Shown: positions 20,184-30,637, counted from the first letter of the stretch. The stretch is DNA of 64,000 nt from Melioribacteraceae bacterium (GCA_034521465.1 JAXHMN010000012.1:24359-88358), one strand, 5' to 3'. Notes: generated by a model not told the origin, from the sequence alone. A program made the numbers and translations.

Positions 20184-23129
20184 CTATAACAATTTTAATG
20201 ATATCATAAACTCATCCGCCGGATAAGAATATTTATTAAATGCACGTGCGTAACCGAATGAAAGAGTCGATTTCAATAGTGAAAAAAATACAATTTCAAA
20301 ATCCAACTGAGCGCCGATATTATGATGGAAACTTCTGAAAACTTCATCGGAAACATCAGTTATTAAATTTGATTGAAACAAAGACAATCTCGCAAAGCGA
20401 ACATAGGCAGATAAAAACCCGAGTTCTCTAAACATAACAGGCGGAAGGTTCCATTCCAATCCAACTTTAGCAAAATCTTTTCCTCCAAGTTCGTTTATTT
20501 CTCTGCCCGGAAAACTCTCAATATTTCTGTAACGCTGAACGCTTAGTCTATCAACATAATTGTTGCCGAAGCCGCCGAAGTAAATATTATCGAACGATGT
20601 TTTGGTATCTGCAAAAACTCTTCCGGCGGATGTTCTAAACCAAACCGAAGAATTTCTTATGCCGGGGAATAAAAATGCTTTTTCAAATTGTGCAGTTACA
20701 ACAGGCGCAAACTCTTTATTAAAATATGCGGCTTCCAAATTGGCGGAGAACTTATAACCATCTTCATACTCAACAGCACCCAATGATTTGTTGAACTTAG
20801 AGTAATGATAGTTTACTGCCGACAAACTCAGCTCGGTAAAACCTGCATCTACATTTTGATATTGGGGAAGCGTTTCTAAATCTCCGTAATGAGCTGCCGT
20901 AAATTTTATTTTTGAATCGATTGGTTTTTCAACGATAATGTTATGTGTGTAACCTAAACTTGCGTAATGACCAGCACGACTTACTTTAGTTGGTCCGAAC
21001 AAATCATAGAAGTTAGTTTTGTTTAATCCGGCATTGAATTCCCATTCCCAATAATTATAGTTTAACGAAAGATGAATCCTTTCCTTTTCCGGAATTAATT
21101 GGTTGTGTGAATATGCAGCTTTTATTTTTGCACGGCTCAGCATTAAGTCATCGGATAAATTAAGCTGAAGTCCATAAGAAATAAAGTCTTTGTATCCTTC
21201 AATAATTGGATAAACATTTTCGAAACCGGTTTCGGTGAACGTATTATATGGACCTTCTTCAACAATTAAATTTTCATTGTTAATTTCAGAAGCAGGCTGT
21301 GGAATGTAGTCAAAAAGTTCAGGATTTTTATCAAGCGCTTTCATACCTAAGAATTCAATTGGCTGTGCATCATCTAAAAATTGTCTTTTAACTTTGACCG
21401 GTTTTAATCCGGCTACTTTATATTCTAATACCAGCAATGAATCTTCGGAAATTTCAATAGGTCTGAAGAAACCGATATCGGTATTTGTCATTAACTCAGC
21501 TGTTTTTGTTTTTATATTAACTTGCCAAACATTGGAAACACCGGTGTAATAAGAAGTGCCGATCAAATTCTCACCATCTTCACAAAAGACAAAGTTTGAT
21601 GCGCTGTTGTCTTCAAATTCGTAAACTGTTGTTGTATCAATTTTACCGAGATTAAGAGAAGCGAGATTGAAGATTGTTAACTTTTGATCTCCTGCCGTAT
21701 TTGCAAATGTGCCGGAAAGCAGCGAACCGTCGGGTGAAACATCAAGATCGAAAAAGCTGTAACCGAAAGGAATAGAATAGAGCCGTTCAACGTCTGTGAA
21801 ATCACCGTTTAGTTTTACAATTGCTGTTCTTCCGTTGAAAATTTGAACTCCGTATAAAGCTTTTTCTGTTTCTGAATAAACAAGCTCTATAATTCTTATA
21901 TAATCGAAAAGAGTTTCTTCATTACCGCTTTCGAGATCAACAATTTTTATTCCCCGCCAATTTTGATTATGAGTTGTAGCAAATATTCTGTTATTCGCTT
22001 TATCGTATGCAAAGTTTGTAACGTAGTATAAACCGGGACTTTCGACATCGGCTATTTTTGTTATCTCACCGTTATCAATATTCATTTTAACCAAGCTGGC
22101 TAAATCTCCCGGACGATTTATTGCTGCAACTATTCTTCTTGTCTCTTTGTTATAATACAGACGTGAAACTGAGCCGAGAACTTCATCGGTGAATTCATAT
22201 TTTTCGGTCAGAGGAAATTTGTTCACTGCTTTCAAATTTCCATTTTGGAAAATCTTTTCTGCTTCAACCCAGTCATCCCAAACATCAACAACGCTTCGTC
22301 CAAACACCTCATCAAATTGAGTTGCGTAAAATTTTGAGCTAGAGGGAGTTCGATTGTAAAATTCTTTTACTTTATCTATTCCGTAAACCGAACTCAAGTA
22401 AGAAACAAACCGTGTACCGTACAAATAAGCATTTACACCAACTTGAAAATCAACAGTAGTACCTTCTGTTTCCAATCCTATTGGCTGATAGAAATAAGCG
22501 TTTTCTTTAGTCATAGCACGGAAAACCATTTCATCATAACCGCCGAGAACTCTGCCGAGTCCGCCCGACATCCAAGTTTCCATATAAACAGCAATACCTT
22601 CGTGGAACCATCTCGGCGAATACCATCTCGGAACCGTCAAATAACTGTAGAACATCGAAAGAGGATTTTCATTATCAGTTGCAACTTTACCGCCGAACAA
22701 ACCTCGGAAAAAATTATCCGAACCGGCAGGCTTGTCAGCCATAACAATGTGAGTTAATTCATGATTCATTAACCATTGAAATCTTTCGTTAGCGGGCATA
22801 ACGTCGAATGTATAATCGAAAGGGGAAACGCCAAGCATTATCATATTGCGGGGAATTGTCATCGCGCCGCCGTTGCCTACATCGCTAAAGTCATTTAAGA
22901 ACAGAGTAACTTTTTTATCCGAATTGTAATTCCAATAATCCTTGTGAAAGGCAAATGCGCTTTCCATTGCTGCACCTACGTGAGGAACTAAGTAGTCGTA
23001 TGATTTCCCCCAATAAATTATTCTGGAATTTTCTGTTTCAAGTTTATTAAGCTGTGCAAAATTCTGCGTTGTGCAAAGCAGTATTGAAAATAAAACAAAA
23101 TATAAAATGCGGAGACTAAAATTTTTCAT
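20184..23129 (-). CDS. Large secreted protein: N-terminal HExxH metalloprotease-like region, central beta-propeller-like region, C-terminal beta-barrel (Omp85/surface-antigen-like)
   Basis: Signal peptide from the ATG at 23129 ('MKNFSLRILYFVLFSILLCTTQNFAQ') and 'WLMNHELTHIVMADKP'. The C-terminus has alternating aromatic/glycine strands ('GGFGNNYVD...FGYARAF...MISLKLL'). The gene ends 4 nt upstream of prsW. Confidence 0.6.
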   Translation of the reverse strand: MKNFSLRILYFVLFSILLCTTQNFAQLNKLETENSRIIYWGKSYDYLVPHVGAAMESAFAFHKDYWNYNSDKKVTLFLNDFSDVGNGGAMTIPRNMIMLGVSPFDYTFDVMPANERFQWLMNHELTHIVMADKPAGSDNFFRGLFGGKVATDNENPLSMFYSYLTVPRWYSPRWFHEGIAVYMETWMSGGLGRVLGGYDEMVFRAMTKENAYFYQPIGLETEGTTVDFQVGVNAYLYGTRFVSYLSSVYGIDKVKEFYNRTPSSSKFYATQFDEVFGRSVVDVWDDWVEAEKIFQNGNLKAVNKFPLTEKYEFTDEVLGSVSRLYYNKETRRIVAAINRPGDLASLVKMNIDNGEITKIADVESPGLYYVTNFAYDKANNRIFATTHNQNWRGIKIVDLESGNEETLFDYIRIIELVYSETEKALYGVQIFNGRTAIVKLNGDFTDVERLYSIPFGYSFFDLDVSPDGSLLSGTFANTAGDQKLTIFNLASLNLGKIDTTTVYEFEDNSASNFVFCEDGENLIGTSYYTGVSNVWQVNIKTKTAELMTNTDIGFFRPIEISEDSLLVLEYKVAGLKPVKVKRQFLDDAQPIEFLGMKALDKNPELFDYIPQPASEINNENLIVEEGPYNTFTETGFENVYPIIEGYKDFISYGLQLNLSDDLMLSRAKIKAAYSHNQLIPEKERIHLSLNYNYWEWEFNAGLNKTNFYDLFGPTKVSRAGHYASLGYTHNIIVEKPIDSKIKFTAAHYGDLETLPQYQNVDAGFTELSLSAVNYHYSKFNKSLGAVEYEDGYKFSANLEAAYFNKEFAPVVTAQFEKAFLFPGIRNSSVWFRTSAGRVFADTKTSFDNIYFGGFGNNYVDRLSVQRYRNIESFPGREINELGGKDFAKVGLEWNLPPVMFRELGFLSAYVRFARLSLFQSNLITDVSDEVFRSFHHNIGAQLDFEIVFFSLLKSTLSFGYARAFNKYSYPADEFMISLKLL

Positions 23130-23188
23130 TTGATAAAATTCCAATATTTGCCGGTTAAGAAACTCCGGTGACTAAATATGATTTAAAT

Positions 23189-23229
23189 GAGATTCCTCTC
23201 TCGCCAAAACACGGCTCGCTCGGAATGAC
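23189..23229. repeat. Short intergenic hairpin repeat GAGATTCC...GGAATGAC (second copy at 56951-57002)
   Basis: GAGATTCC (23189-23196) and GGAATGAC (23222-23229) bracket ~25 nt. The same termini bracket ~36 nt at 56951-57002. Confidence 0.6.
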
Positions 23230-23267
23230 AATATCGAGTTATGCACTCGACTCTCTAATTCGGGAAA

Positions 23268-24428
23268 CTATATCCATTGAAATCTAAGCATATTCCCCAA
23301 ACCTTCACGTCCTTGATTAAACATACCCATCGTATTAGAAAAACTTCTAAAAGCTTGCAGCGTTTCTTGTGACCGAAAAGCGCCTAAATTTTGATTAGCA
23401 AGAAAGCTTGCATTGTTCAATGCTGAGGTAGTAGACTCTAAATTATCTTTTGCAAAAACAAAAACACCATCTAACGATTTGGTTATTCCCAGTGCTTCAG
23501 TATTAAAAAGGGCGCCAAGCTGTTTATTGTTTAATGCCTCATTAATTGCAAATAGACCTAGTTGTTCATTGTTCTGAAGTTGTTCAGATGCTGTGAAGCC
23601 GGTGCCTAAATTTTCTTTATTAAAAAAGTTTAATTGCTCTTGATTTTTTGCACCAAGATTTTCCCGAATATTTATAAGAACAAGTAAACCAAGTGTATTA
23701 TTAAGTTGCCGATTTAATATGACACCGTTTAATACCTCGCTGCCTAACGCCATATTTAATCTTTCTTCATTCCCCATAACAAACGCGAGCATGCAAGAAC
23801 CGCCAAGCATTTTATCTCTTACTTCTTTAAGTGATTCTGTTTCTTCTTTTGAAAGAGAAAGTTTTGCAAGTTCCTCTTCCGAAATTAATCCGTTTAGATT
23901 TTGGAACAGTTCGTCAAATACTTTTGCTTTTTGATCAAGATTGGTAACAAAATCGCTGAATTGAATCAAGTTGTTTCCAACATCAACAGACATATCGGTT
24001 GTATCTCTCGAGTAATATTTTTCCAACAACTCTTTTGTGTTTGCGACAGTTGTTAGATTGTTATCGATAAATACCGCGAGCTGGTTTAATTGATCTAATT
24101 GTTTGTTTAACTCATCTTGATCTAAGTCAATTTTGTTCAGCGTACTTTCCCATTCTTTAAAATCATTTGATAAACCGATTAAATAGTTCTCGTACATTTG
24201 AAGAGAAATAATAACTCCTCTTAATGCAGTTGTGTCTTGGATAAATTCACTTCTTAATTTTACTTCTTCTTGACCGGTTTTATCGCTTCGGTATTTATCT
24301 ACTTTACCGATTGTGCCTTTGCTTTCTGATTCGTCAGCAGGTGGATAAAAGATTGAGACAAGAACTACTATAGCAATAACTAAAATTACACCACCAATTA
24401 ATTGTTTCTTTTTCATTTTCTTCTCCAA
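23268..24428 (-). CDS. Membrane-anchored coiled-coil protein with a C-terminal 'N/Q-x-LG' repeat region (hypothetical)
   Basis: One N-terminal TM helix ('LIGGVILVIAIVVLVSIFY'). The C-terminal half repeats motifs such as NTLGL, ENLGA, ENLGT, EQLGL, KQLGA, EALGI, QNLGA, EGLGN. Lies 1 nt downstream of the anti-sigma gene. Confidence 0.5.
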   Translation of the reverse strand: MEKKMKKKQLIGGVILVIAIVVLVSIFYPPADESESKGTIGKVDKYRSDKTGQEEVKLRSEFIQDTTALRGVIISLQMYENYLIGLSNDFKEWESTLNKIDLDQDELNKQLDQLNQLAVFIDNNLTTVANTKELLEKYYSRDTTDMSVDVGNNLIQFSDFVTNLDQKAKVFDELFQNLNGLISEEELAKLSLSKEETESLKEVRDKMLGGSCMLAFVMGNEERLNMALGSEVLNGVILNRQLNNTLGLLVLINIRENLGAKNQEQLNFFNKENLGTGFTASEQLQNNEQLGLFAINEALNNKQLGALFNTEALGITKSLDGVFVFAKDNLESTTSALNNASFLANQNLGAFRSQETLQAFRSFSNTMGMFNQGREGLGNMLRFQWI

Positions 24429-24429
24429 G

Positions 24430-25176
24430 TTAATTTTTAATGTCTATCGTTATGTTTGAAATGTTCATCGAACCGCGATAAAATGATGCGCGTACTTTAC
24501 TTTCATTGTTTTGCAGATTTCTCAAAAAAACTAAGTAGTGATTTGATTTTAAGTCCGATAGACGAACCGAACTTCCGTGAGATGCAAATTGTCCACTGTT
24601 TTGTGAATCGACAGTTTTTACACCGTAAAGTGCAAACTGAGTTTTATCGTAACTTAATTCACAATCAATTTCAGCTTGAGTGCTTAGTTTTACATCAAGA
24701 ATTGTGACTTTGTCTGCGTACTTAACATTAACAGCTCCTTCAAAATCGTGTTCGTTCAAAACATATGTTTTATCAAAACTTCGATCAGCAATAGTTCCGG
24801 TTAAAAATGCATCATCGATTTCGGTGTTTGTTGGTTGCAGCATAAAAATGAATGCCACAATTAATCCACCCAAAGCAAATGAAGTAGCGTAACTTAGTTT
24901 GCTTCCGTTAAAAATTTTATCAAACCAACTTTCTGTTTTTGCCATTACACCCTCATTCTTGTGATCTTTAATTTGACCGGCAACCGGCGAAACAACATCA
25001 ATCTCTTTTTCTAAAGGTTTACTTTCTTCAATCCGGTTGACTGTATCAACCATAGAATCGAAGTATTTTTTGTTGTCCGGATTCTTTAGTAGTTCATCAA
25101 GCTCAGCTTTTTCATTTTTACCGAGCTCGTTATCTATATATCTGTTTGTTAGTTTAAATAATTTTGTGTCTTTCAT
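24430..25176 (-). CDS. Anti-sigma factor candidate (single-pass membrane protein)
   Basis: Overlaps the ECF sigma stop by 4 nt. N-terminal 'YIDNELGKNEKAELDELL' resembles the anti-sigma N-terminal helix, with a central TM segment 'FALGGLIVAFIFML'. Confidence 0.6.
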   Translation of the reverse strand: MKDTKLFKLTNRYIDNELGKNEKAELDELLKNPDNKKYFDSMVDTVNRIEESKPLEKEIDVVSPVAGQIKDHKNEGVMAKTESWFDKIFNGSKLSYATSFALGGLIVAFIFMLQPTNTEIDDAFLTGTIADRSFDKTYVLNEHDFEGAVNVKYADKVTILDVKLSTQAEIDCELSYDKTQFALYGVKTVDSQNSGQFASHGSSVRLSDLKSNHYLVFLRNLQNNESKVRASFYRGSMNISNITIDIKN

Positions 25177-25706
25177 TTATTAATGCCCTCTAAGCTTTTC
25201 CTCAAATTATCCCGTGCTATGTAAAGGCGGGATTTAATTTTGCCTATGGGAAGTTTTGTTATCTCGGTGATTTCTTCGTAACTCAGTTCTTGATAATGTT
25301 TTAAGATGACAAGTGTTCTGTATTTATCGTCCAAGGATTTAATTGTTTTTTGAACAGCTTTTGATCTTTCATTTGTCTCAATTTCTTCGGATGCGGATTT
25401 ACCTTCAAACATACTATCATTATCGAAGTTTTTTGTGAATTGTAAATGGTTTTTGTAGTTGAGAGCTGCATTTAAGGTAATTCTATAAATCCAACTAAAG
25501 AACTTTTTATTTTGATCGAAAGTGTTCAGTTTCTCATAGGCTTTTATAAAGACATCTTGTGTTATGTCATTAGAAGCATCTGAGTCGTTCGTTATTTGGA
25601 TAGCTAAATTGAACATTTTATTCTGATATTTTTCTACTAGTTTTCCGAAAGAATTAATCTTTCCGTTAAGTGATTCGATTATCAATTTGTTGTCGTTTTC
25701 TATCAT
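25173..25706 (-). CDS. ECF-type RNA polymerase sigma-70 factor
   Basis: Region 2 'DITQDVFIKAYEKLNTFDQNKKFFSWIYRITLNAALN' and region 4 'LKHYQELSYEEITEITKLPIGKIKSRLYIARDNLR'. Confidence 0.85.
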   Translation of the reverse strand: MIENDNKLIIESLNGKINSFGKLVEKYQNKMFNLAIQITNDSDASNDITQDVFIKAYEKLNTFDQNKKFFSWIYRITLNAALNYKNHLQFTKNFDNDSMFEGKSASEEIETNERSKAVQKTIKSLDDKYRTLVILKHYQELSYEEITEITKLPIGKIKSRLYIARDNLRKSLEGINK

Positions 25707-26293
25707 AAATACAGTTGAGTTGTTGAAAAGTTGGAAAGATTTCTTTTACCTAACAGAGAGTTAATACATGAGAGGTGATGTCGGGTGTAAGAAAAAGTCA
25801 GAATGTTTGTATCAATGTCAATCCAGAGTTTTTTGGTCAATTTTTCTCTCTAAAATTAATTTAATTTGGAGACTTAATGCAGATAAAAACATCTTATTAG
25901 TCACTATTCAAGATACATATATTATGCCGTAAATGGAGGATAATTGTTAAAAAAAATTTTATCTATAATGCGAAAATGAAGCAAAATGGACAATTATTCT
26001 TTGAGTTACTGCAATAATAAAAATCATAATCCAACAACTAAGAAATATTGTAAATATTACCGGTAAAAATTAAAAATACTTTAATTTAGCATATTTCTAC
26101 TAGAGCTGAATCTTGTAAAATCTCGGTAAAGAATTGTCGGATACTTTGACTTAATAATTGAGGGGAATTAATTAGGCGATTAAACTAAACCTAATGTCTA
26201 ATAATTCATTGTAACATTGTATTTCAGTATTTCAAAAATTGACTTAAGAGTTCCTTATATTTGATAAGAAATTCCTCCTATTATTTGAAAGCT

Positions 26294-27385
26294 ATGAATT
26301 ATAAAAACGAGTTCAGCTATAAGTTAATTTTTGAAGAAACAGTTGACGCTATAATTATTACTGACGGCTCATCAGAAAAAATTGTTGATGTAAACAAAGC
26401 AGGCTGCGAACTATTTGTCACCCCTAAGGAAGAGTTGGTGGGAGATTATCTTTCAAACTACCTCGACGATACAGAGTTAACGCGCCGACCAAAATCTCCT
26501 TCCGAAATAACAATGTTCGGCAGTGTACTTTCCAACAAAAGAATCAAATCAAAATCGGGTGAACTTATTCCTGTTGATATGATCATTAACACCTTTGGTG
26601 ACGAAACCGGCAATTATGTAATGACATCTTTCCGGGATGTAAGCGATCGTATTAAATATGAAAATAAGATTGTTTCAATCAACGAAGAGTTGCACAAGAC
26701 AAACGCAAGTAAAGATAAATTCTTTTCCATTTTAGCACATGACTTAAAAAACCCTATTTCATCTTTAATTATGTTCTCAGAATTAATGACCGGTGAAGAT
26801 GAAGAGATTACACCGGAAGAAATGCAAGAGTTTCTGTTAATGATGAAAAACCTTTCCAAAAGCACTTATGAATTGCTAGAAAATTTATTGAACTGGGCAA
26901 GAGTCCAAACAAAAAACATATCCTTAGAGAAAACGGAATTTCAACTTGATGATGTAATAAGTAGAGTTGTTGATTTACTTCAACCAACAGCTAACTTAAA
27001 AAAGATCAACTTAGTAAATGAAGTAAATAAAAACTTTGTTTTAACAGCAGATGAAAATATGATTAACACTGTTATCCGTAATTTTGTCTCCAACAGTATA
27101 AAATTTTCGGAAGAGAACAAAAGTATATTCGTTAATGCCTATGATAACGAAATCGAATGGATTATATCTGTTAAAGACGAAGGTATAGGAATTGATGAGA
27201 GTTTAATAGAAGATCTCTTCAAAATAGATGTTCACACTTCCAGACAAGGAACAAACCATGAAAGAGGAACCGGACTGGGACTTGTATTATGTAATGAATT
27301 TATAAAACTGCATAACGGATCAATCGAAGTAAAAAGTAAAGTTAATGAAGGTTCGGAATTTATTATTCATATCCCAAAAGAGTAA
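26294..27385 (+). CDS. PAS-domain sensor histidine kinase (cytoplasmic)
   Basis: PAS 'FEETVDAIIITDGSSEKIVDVNKAGCELF', HisKA 'KDKFFSILAHDLKNPI', HATPase 'NFVSNSIKFS...DEGIGI...GTGLGLVLC'. Confidence 0.85.
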   Translation: MNYKNEFSYKLIFEETVDAIIITDGSSEKIVDVNKAGCELFVTPKEELVGDYLSNYLDDTELTRRPKSPSEITMFGSVLSNKRIKSKSGELIPVDMIINTFGDETGNYVMTSFRDVSDRIKYENKIVSINEELHKTNASKDKFFSILAHDLKNPISSLIMFSELMTGEDEEITPEEMQEFLLMMKNLSKSTYELLENLLNWARVQTKNISLEKTEFQLDDVISRVVDLLQPTANLKKINLVNEVNKNFVLTADENMINTVIRNFVSNSIKFSEENKSIFVNAYDNEIEWIISVKDEGIGIDESLIEDLFKIDVHTSRQGTNHERGTGLGLVLCNEFIKLHNGSIEVKSKVNEGSEFIIHIPKE

Positions 27386-27386
27386 A

Positions 27387-28349
27387 ATGAAAATGAATCA
27401 CAGAAATTTGTTAGTTGTATTAATTGCAATTCTCTTGGTATCAACATTTGGTCAAAATGATTTAACAAAAATTAGATTAGCAGTGCACTGGCTGCCGCAA
27501 GCTCAGTTTGCAGGTTACTATTCCGGTATAGAAAACGGCATTTATGAAAAATATGGATTTGATGTTGAAATTATTCACTCTTCTCCCAATGTAACAGCTC
27601 AGGAATTGTTGCTAGACGAAAAGGCAGATTTTGCTTCGATGTTTTTAACGACAGCAATTTCATTAAGATCAAACAACGAACCATTGATAAACGTTTGCCA
27701 GCTTTCGCAAAGAAGCGCGCAAGTTTTAGTTACAAGAGATACAACCATAACAGAGCCGGAAGATCTTAACGGAAAAAAAATCGGTGTATGGAGATCCGGT
27801 TTCGATGAAGTGTTGAAATCTTTTGTCGATAAATATAATCTGGATGTTGAATATGTTCTTATCAGTTCGACAATCAATTTATTTCTATTTGGCGGCATTG
27901 ATGTAATGATAACGATGTGGTATAACGAATATCATTCAATTATAAATGCCGGAATCAACAAAGATGAATTAAACACATTCTTTTTTGCTGATTACGGATT
28001 CGATATTCCGGAAGATGGAATTTATACAGTCGAGAATAAGTTTGGTAAGGAAACTATAACAAAATTTGTAAACGCCACACTTGAGGCATGGGATTACGCC
28101 TTTGCACACAAAGATGAAGCAATTAAACTTGTTGAAAGAGAAATGAAAGCAAAAAATATGGCGTTCAACAAACCGCACCAAAAATGGATGCTCGATAGAT
28201 TGGATGATCTATTCAATCCATCAGATGAAGAGAATAAACCCGGAGTTCTTTCACAAAAAGATTTTGATGCTGCTTATGAGGTGCTCTCTTTTCATGAGAA
28301 AATAAATACAGAAGTTAGTTACGAAGAATTTTATTATGTATTTGAATAA
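27387..28349 (+). CDS. Periplasmic NMT1/THI5-like (nitrate/sulfonate/bicarbonate-type) substrate-binding protein
   Basis: Signal peptide. 'IRLAVHWLPQAQFAGYYSGIENGIYEKYGFDVEII' is typical of the NMT1-like SBP fold. Start is 2 nt after the kinase stop. Confidence 0.6.
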   Translation: MKMNHRNLLVVLIAILLVSTFGQNDLTKIRLAVHWLPQAQFAGYYSGIENGIYEKYGFDVEIIHSSPNVTAQELLLDEKADFASMFLTTAISLRSNNEPLINVCQLSQRSAQVLVTRDTTITEPEDLNGKKIGVWRSGFDEVLKSFVDKYNLDVEYVLISSTINLFLFGGIDVMITMWYNEYHSIINAGINKDELNTFFFADYGFDIPEDGIYTVENKFGKETITKFVNATLEAWDYAFAHKDEAIKLVEREMKAKNMAFNKPHQKWMLDRLDDLFNPSDEENKPGVLSQKDFDAAYEVLSFHEKINTEVSYEEFYYVFE

Positions 28350-28360
28350 ACGAGTTAATT

Positions 28361-30286
28361 ATGGGTCCTAAAAAAAATACATTTGCCTTTCGACTTAGTC
28401 TTTATGTTGTTTCTGCAGTTTCACTTATTGCGCTTATAATTTTTACTTCATTTTATTTAATTTCGCGCAACATACTTTTAGATATGGCTGCCGAAAATGC
28501 AAAAAACATTACAGAGAAGAATGTAAATAAAATTGATGCAATAATCGGAAAGTCTGCAAAAATTCCTTACAACCTAGCTACAATAATTGAAAACAACAGA
28601 CCTGATAAAAATGAGTTAGTTCAAATTCTTCAAGACATTGTAGCAAAAAATGATGAAATCTATGGCAGTGCTATTGCATTCGAACCTTTCAGCTATGATG
28701 AAAATAAATATTTCTACTCTCCATACGTATATAAAACCAATAATCAAATTATTGTCTCAGACTTAAACGATCCGGATTACGAATATTTCTACCAAGATTG
28801 GTATCAAATACCAGCGCACTTACAAGAACCGGTTTGGAGTGAACCTTATTACGATGAAGGCGGCGGTAATATAATAATGACAACATACAGTGTTCCTTTT
28901 TATAAACCGCAAGATGGGGAAAAGGAATTTTGGGGAATCATTACAATTGATATTGCATTAGATTGGCTCGATAGTCTCGTCTCTTCAATTGATATTTATG
29001 AAACAGGTTTTGCATTCGTTACAAGTTATGCAGGAACATTTGTAACTCATCCGAACAATGAATTTATAATGAACCATACAATTTTTTCATTAGCAGAAGA
29101 GTATAAACTTCCAAAGCTGCGCGAGTTTGGCAGAAAGATGTTGGAAGGAAAAAGTGGATTCGAAAGTTTATATGGCGTAACAATTGAAGAAACCTCAAGA
29201 ATATATTACACACCGTTTAGTTCAAATAATTGGTCACTCGGTGTAGTGTTCCCCGAGAGCGAACTTTATGCCGATCTAAACAATCTCGCTTTAATATTGA
29301 TTGTTTTAGGAATTTTCGGAAATGTTTTTCTAATCTTTACGGTTACCGGTGTATCAAGCAAATTAGTAAAACCCCTTAAATCGTTTGCATTGGCTGCACG
29401 CGAAATTGGTTCAGGTAAGTTTGATGCGAAACTACCTAAAATTGAATCGAAGGACGAAGTTGGTGAATTGAATCGCTCCTTTCACAAAATGCAGTTTGAG
29501 CTTAATAACTACATTGAAAATCTAAAACAAACCACCGCAGAAAAAGAGAAGATGCAGAGTGAATTAAGAATAGCACATCAAATTCAGATGGACATGGTTC
29601 CTAAAATATTCCCACCGTTTCCTGAAAGAGAGGATGTTGATTTATATGCCTTTCTGGAACCGGCAACTGAAGTCGGCGGTGATCTATATGACTTCTTCTT
29701 TATTGACGATCAAAAACTCGTTGTGCTTGTCGGTGACGTTGCCGGCAAAGGCGTTCCGGCTTCTCTCTTTATGGCGGTAACAAGAACATTGATCCGTTCA
29801 AAAATGAGTAAAGGAATATCTACCGCAAAAGTAGTTGATCAAATTAACAGCGATTTAATGCAGAATAACGACAGTCAGCTTTTTGTTACGTTATTGTTAT
29901 GTATAATTGATCTTAAAGAAAAGACTTTGGAATATACGAGCGGCGGACATAATCCGGCTTACATAGTTTCAAAGGATGGTGAAATTACAACACTGAAAGA
30001 TCGGCATGGAATGGCACTTGGTCTTTTTGATTTGAAACCTTACAGTTCAACAAACTACCAAATGGAACAAGGTGACAAATTTATACTTTACACTGACGGA
30101 GTGAACGAAGCAATGGATATAAACGGAAATGTTTATGATTATGAACGACTTGAAAATATGTTGGATAAAATTCCGCCGTTAAACGCAAAGGAGAGTTCAG
30201 AGCTTATATTGGATGACATTAAAAAATTTGCCGAAGGCGCGGAGCAATCAGATGATATTACACTGATGGTCGTTGCGTTAAAATAA
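28361..30286 (+). CDS. Membrane sensor phosphatase: Cache-like periplasmic domain, HAMP, PP2C (SpoIIE family)
   Basis: Two TM helices flank a ~280-aa extracytoplasmic region. HAMP 'LAAREIGSGKFDAKLP...DEVGELNRSFHKM'. PP2C 'GGDLYDFF...GDVAGKGVPASLFMA...GGHNPAY...TDGVNEA...SDDITLMVV'. Confidence 0.85.
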   Translation: MGPKKNTFAFRLSLYVVSAVSLIALIIFTSFYLISRNILLDMAAENAKNITEKNVNKIDAIIGKSAKIPYNLATIIENNRPDKNELVQILQDIVAKNDEIYGSAIAFEPFSYDENKYFYSPYVYKTNNQIIVSDLNDPDYEYFYQDWYQIPAHLQEPVWSEPYYDEGGGNIIMTTYSVPFYKPQDGEKEFWGIITIDIALDWLDSLVSSIDIYETGFAFVTSYAGTFVTHPNNEFIMNHTIFSLAEEYKLPKLREFGRKMLEGKSGFESLYGVTIEETSRIYYTPFSSNNWSLGVVFPESELYADLNNLALILIVLGIFGNVFLIFTVTGVSSKLVKPLKSFALAAREIGSGKFDAKLPKIESKDEVGELNRSFHKMQFELNNYIENLKQTTAEKEKMQSELRIAHQIQMDMVPKIFPPFPEREDVDLYAFLEPATEVGGDLYDFFFIDDQKLVVLVGDVAGKGVPASLFMAVTRTLIRSKMSKGISTAKVVDQINSDLMQNNDSQLFVTLLLCIIDLKEKTLEYTSGGHNPAYIVSKDGEITTLKDRHGMALGLFDLKPYSSTNYQMEQGDKFILYTDGVNEAMDINGNVYDYERLENMLDKIPPLNAKESSELILDDIKKFAEGAEQSDDITLMVVALK

Positions 30287-30294
30287 TTGCTAAT

Positions 30295-30624
30295 TTATTT
30301 TATAACTTCTTCTCTTGTTTTGTAGATAGCAAATATTGCAGTAAAGCCGGAGATATCGAAAACTTCTTTTATAAAATCCTTCATGCAGCAAAAATTTAGT
30401 TTTTTATTCTCTTTATCCAGCATTTTTGCAGCAACAAGAAACACTCTTAAACCCGAACTGCTGATATAATTCAGTTCTTCAAAATTTATGAGAATATTTG
30501 TTTCCCCTTGTTCGATTATTCCGGTTAATTCTTTTTCAAGTTCTAAAGATGTGTTACTGTCTAATCTTCCAATTATTTTTAATTCGGTGTAATCACCGAT
30601 TTTACCGGATTGTATCTCCATCAT
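30295..30624 (-). CDS. STAS-domain anti-sigma-factor antagonist
   Basis: 'LKIIGRLDSNTSLELEKEL...ELNYISSSGLRVFLVAAKML...VFDISGFTAIF'. Paralog of 10659-10976. Confidence 0.85.
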   Translation of the reverse strand: MMEIQSGKIGDYTELKIIGRLDSNTSLELEKELTGIIEQGETNILINFEELNYISSSGLRVFLVAAKMLDKENKKLNFCCMKDFIKEVFDISGFTAIFAIYKTREEVIK

Positions 30625-30637
30625 TATCTCCGTTCAG

